NCBI RefSeq assembly: GCF_002449305.1
Contig: NZ_DKDI01000034.1
Strand: one strand, 5' to 3'
Source of the DNA: Treponema sp. UBA6852
Lineage (GTDB): Bacteria > Spirochaetota > Spirochaetia > Treponematales > Treponemataceae
Length of the DNA stretch: 64,000 bases
Positions 63,757 to 64,000 of the stretch are shown here, in pieces. The number at the start of each line of letters is the position of its first letter. Positions within the stretch are counted from its first letter, which is position 1. A program made the position numbers and the translations under genes. The notes under the pieces are model-generated. The model did no database searches and was not told the DNA's origin. It was given only the letters and a program-made list of their open reading frames with translations.

Positions 63757-64000
63757 CTACTTTGCAGAAATTTTCATAAGATTTAAATGACCTTTTATTT
63801 CAACGGATTCTCCAGGCTCAAATGCAAAAATATCTTCCGCATTTGCAGGAAGTCCGTTTACAGTTCCGCTTCCTTCAATTACAAAGCCAAGAACTATATC
63901 ATGGGGATTTTTTTTGCCGCAAGCATTTTCTATTTTTGAAGAATAAAAATCTTCAACATTGATTTCTTCAAGAGAAAAATACGGACAAGAAAAGGAACCT
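63757..64000 (-). CDS. C-terminal fragment of a cupin-fold protein, possibly a type I mannose-6-phosphate isomerase (5' part lies outside the window)
   Basis: Hand translation of the minus strand gives ...CPYFSLEEINVEDF...DIVLGFVIEGSGTVNG...FAFEPGESVEIKGHLNLMKISAK*, which resembles the PMI C-terminal beta-barrel. Confidence 0.35.
   Translation of the reverse strand, partial: GSFSCPYFSLEEINVEDFYSSKIENACGKKNPHDIVLGFVIEGSGTVNGLPANAEDIFAFEPGESVEIKGHLNLMKISAK

Overview
An AT-rich bacterial chromosome segment (my hand counts on sampled lines give mostly 28-40% GC) that is almost fully coding. By inference it looks like a spirochete, probably Treponema-like. The pointers are a cmk-rpsA fusion, a skp-bamA-tamB-tmk block, scpA-scpB-rluB-cmk/rpsA synteny, spoVG, cheW and an FGE-domain lipoprotein. 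I call about 51 CDS and 2 tRNAs (Lys-UUU, Gln-UUG), plus several sigma70-like promoters and rho-independent terminators read directly from the sequence. Most genes are housekeeping: EF-G paralog, LepA, RecA, RecN, MutS, NadE, NadK, TilS, IspE, MetF/MetH, RsgA and pseudouridine synthases. I see no transposase, integrase, CRISPR array or recognisable defence or toxin gene. The unusual signals cluster in a small accessory stretch at about 21.1-25.6 kb. (1) A GC-rich FGE-domain lipoprotein gene has a promoter carrying a G8 tract inside the -35/-10 spacer, which makes it a phase-variation candidate. (2) Two related 22-23 bp tandem repeat arrays bracket the stretch. One folds into iterated GGA-loop hairpins followed by a terminator, so it is a candidate CsrA-sponge-like RNA; this is speculative. 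(3) A 74-nt perfectly symmetric four-way palindromic element lies between convergent genes. Other points of interest are a translationally coupled degT-like-nadK-recN-unknown-HD operon, a REC protein with a degenerate HD-GYP domain, a Tmk-like protein lacking the P-loop lysine, and a MetH lacking its reactivation domain that is coupled to an unknown ORF. All functional calls rest on motif recognition by eye; no database search was possible.
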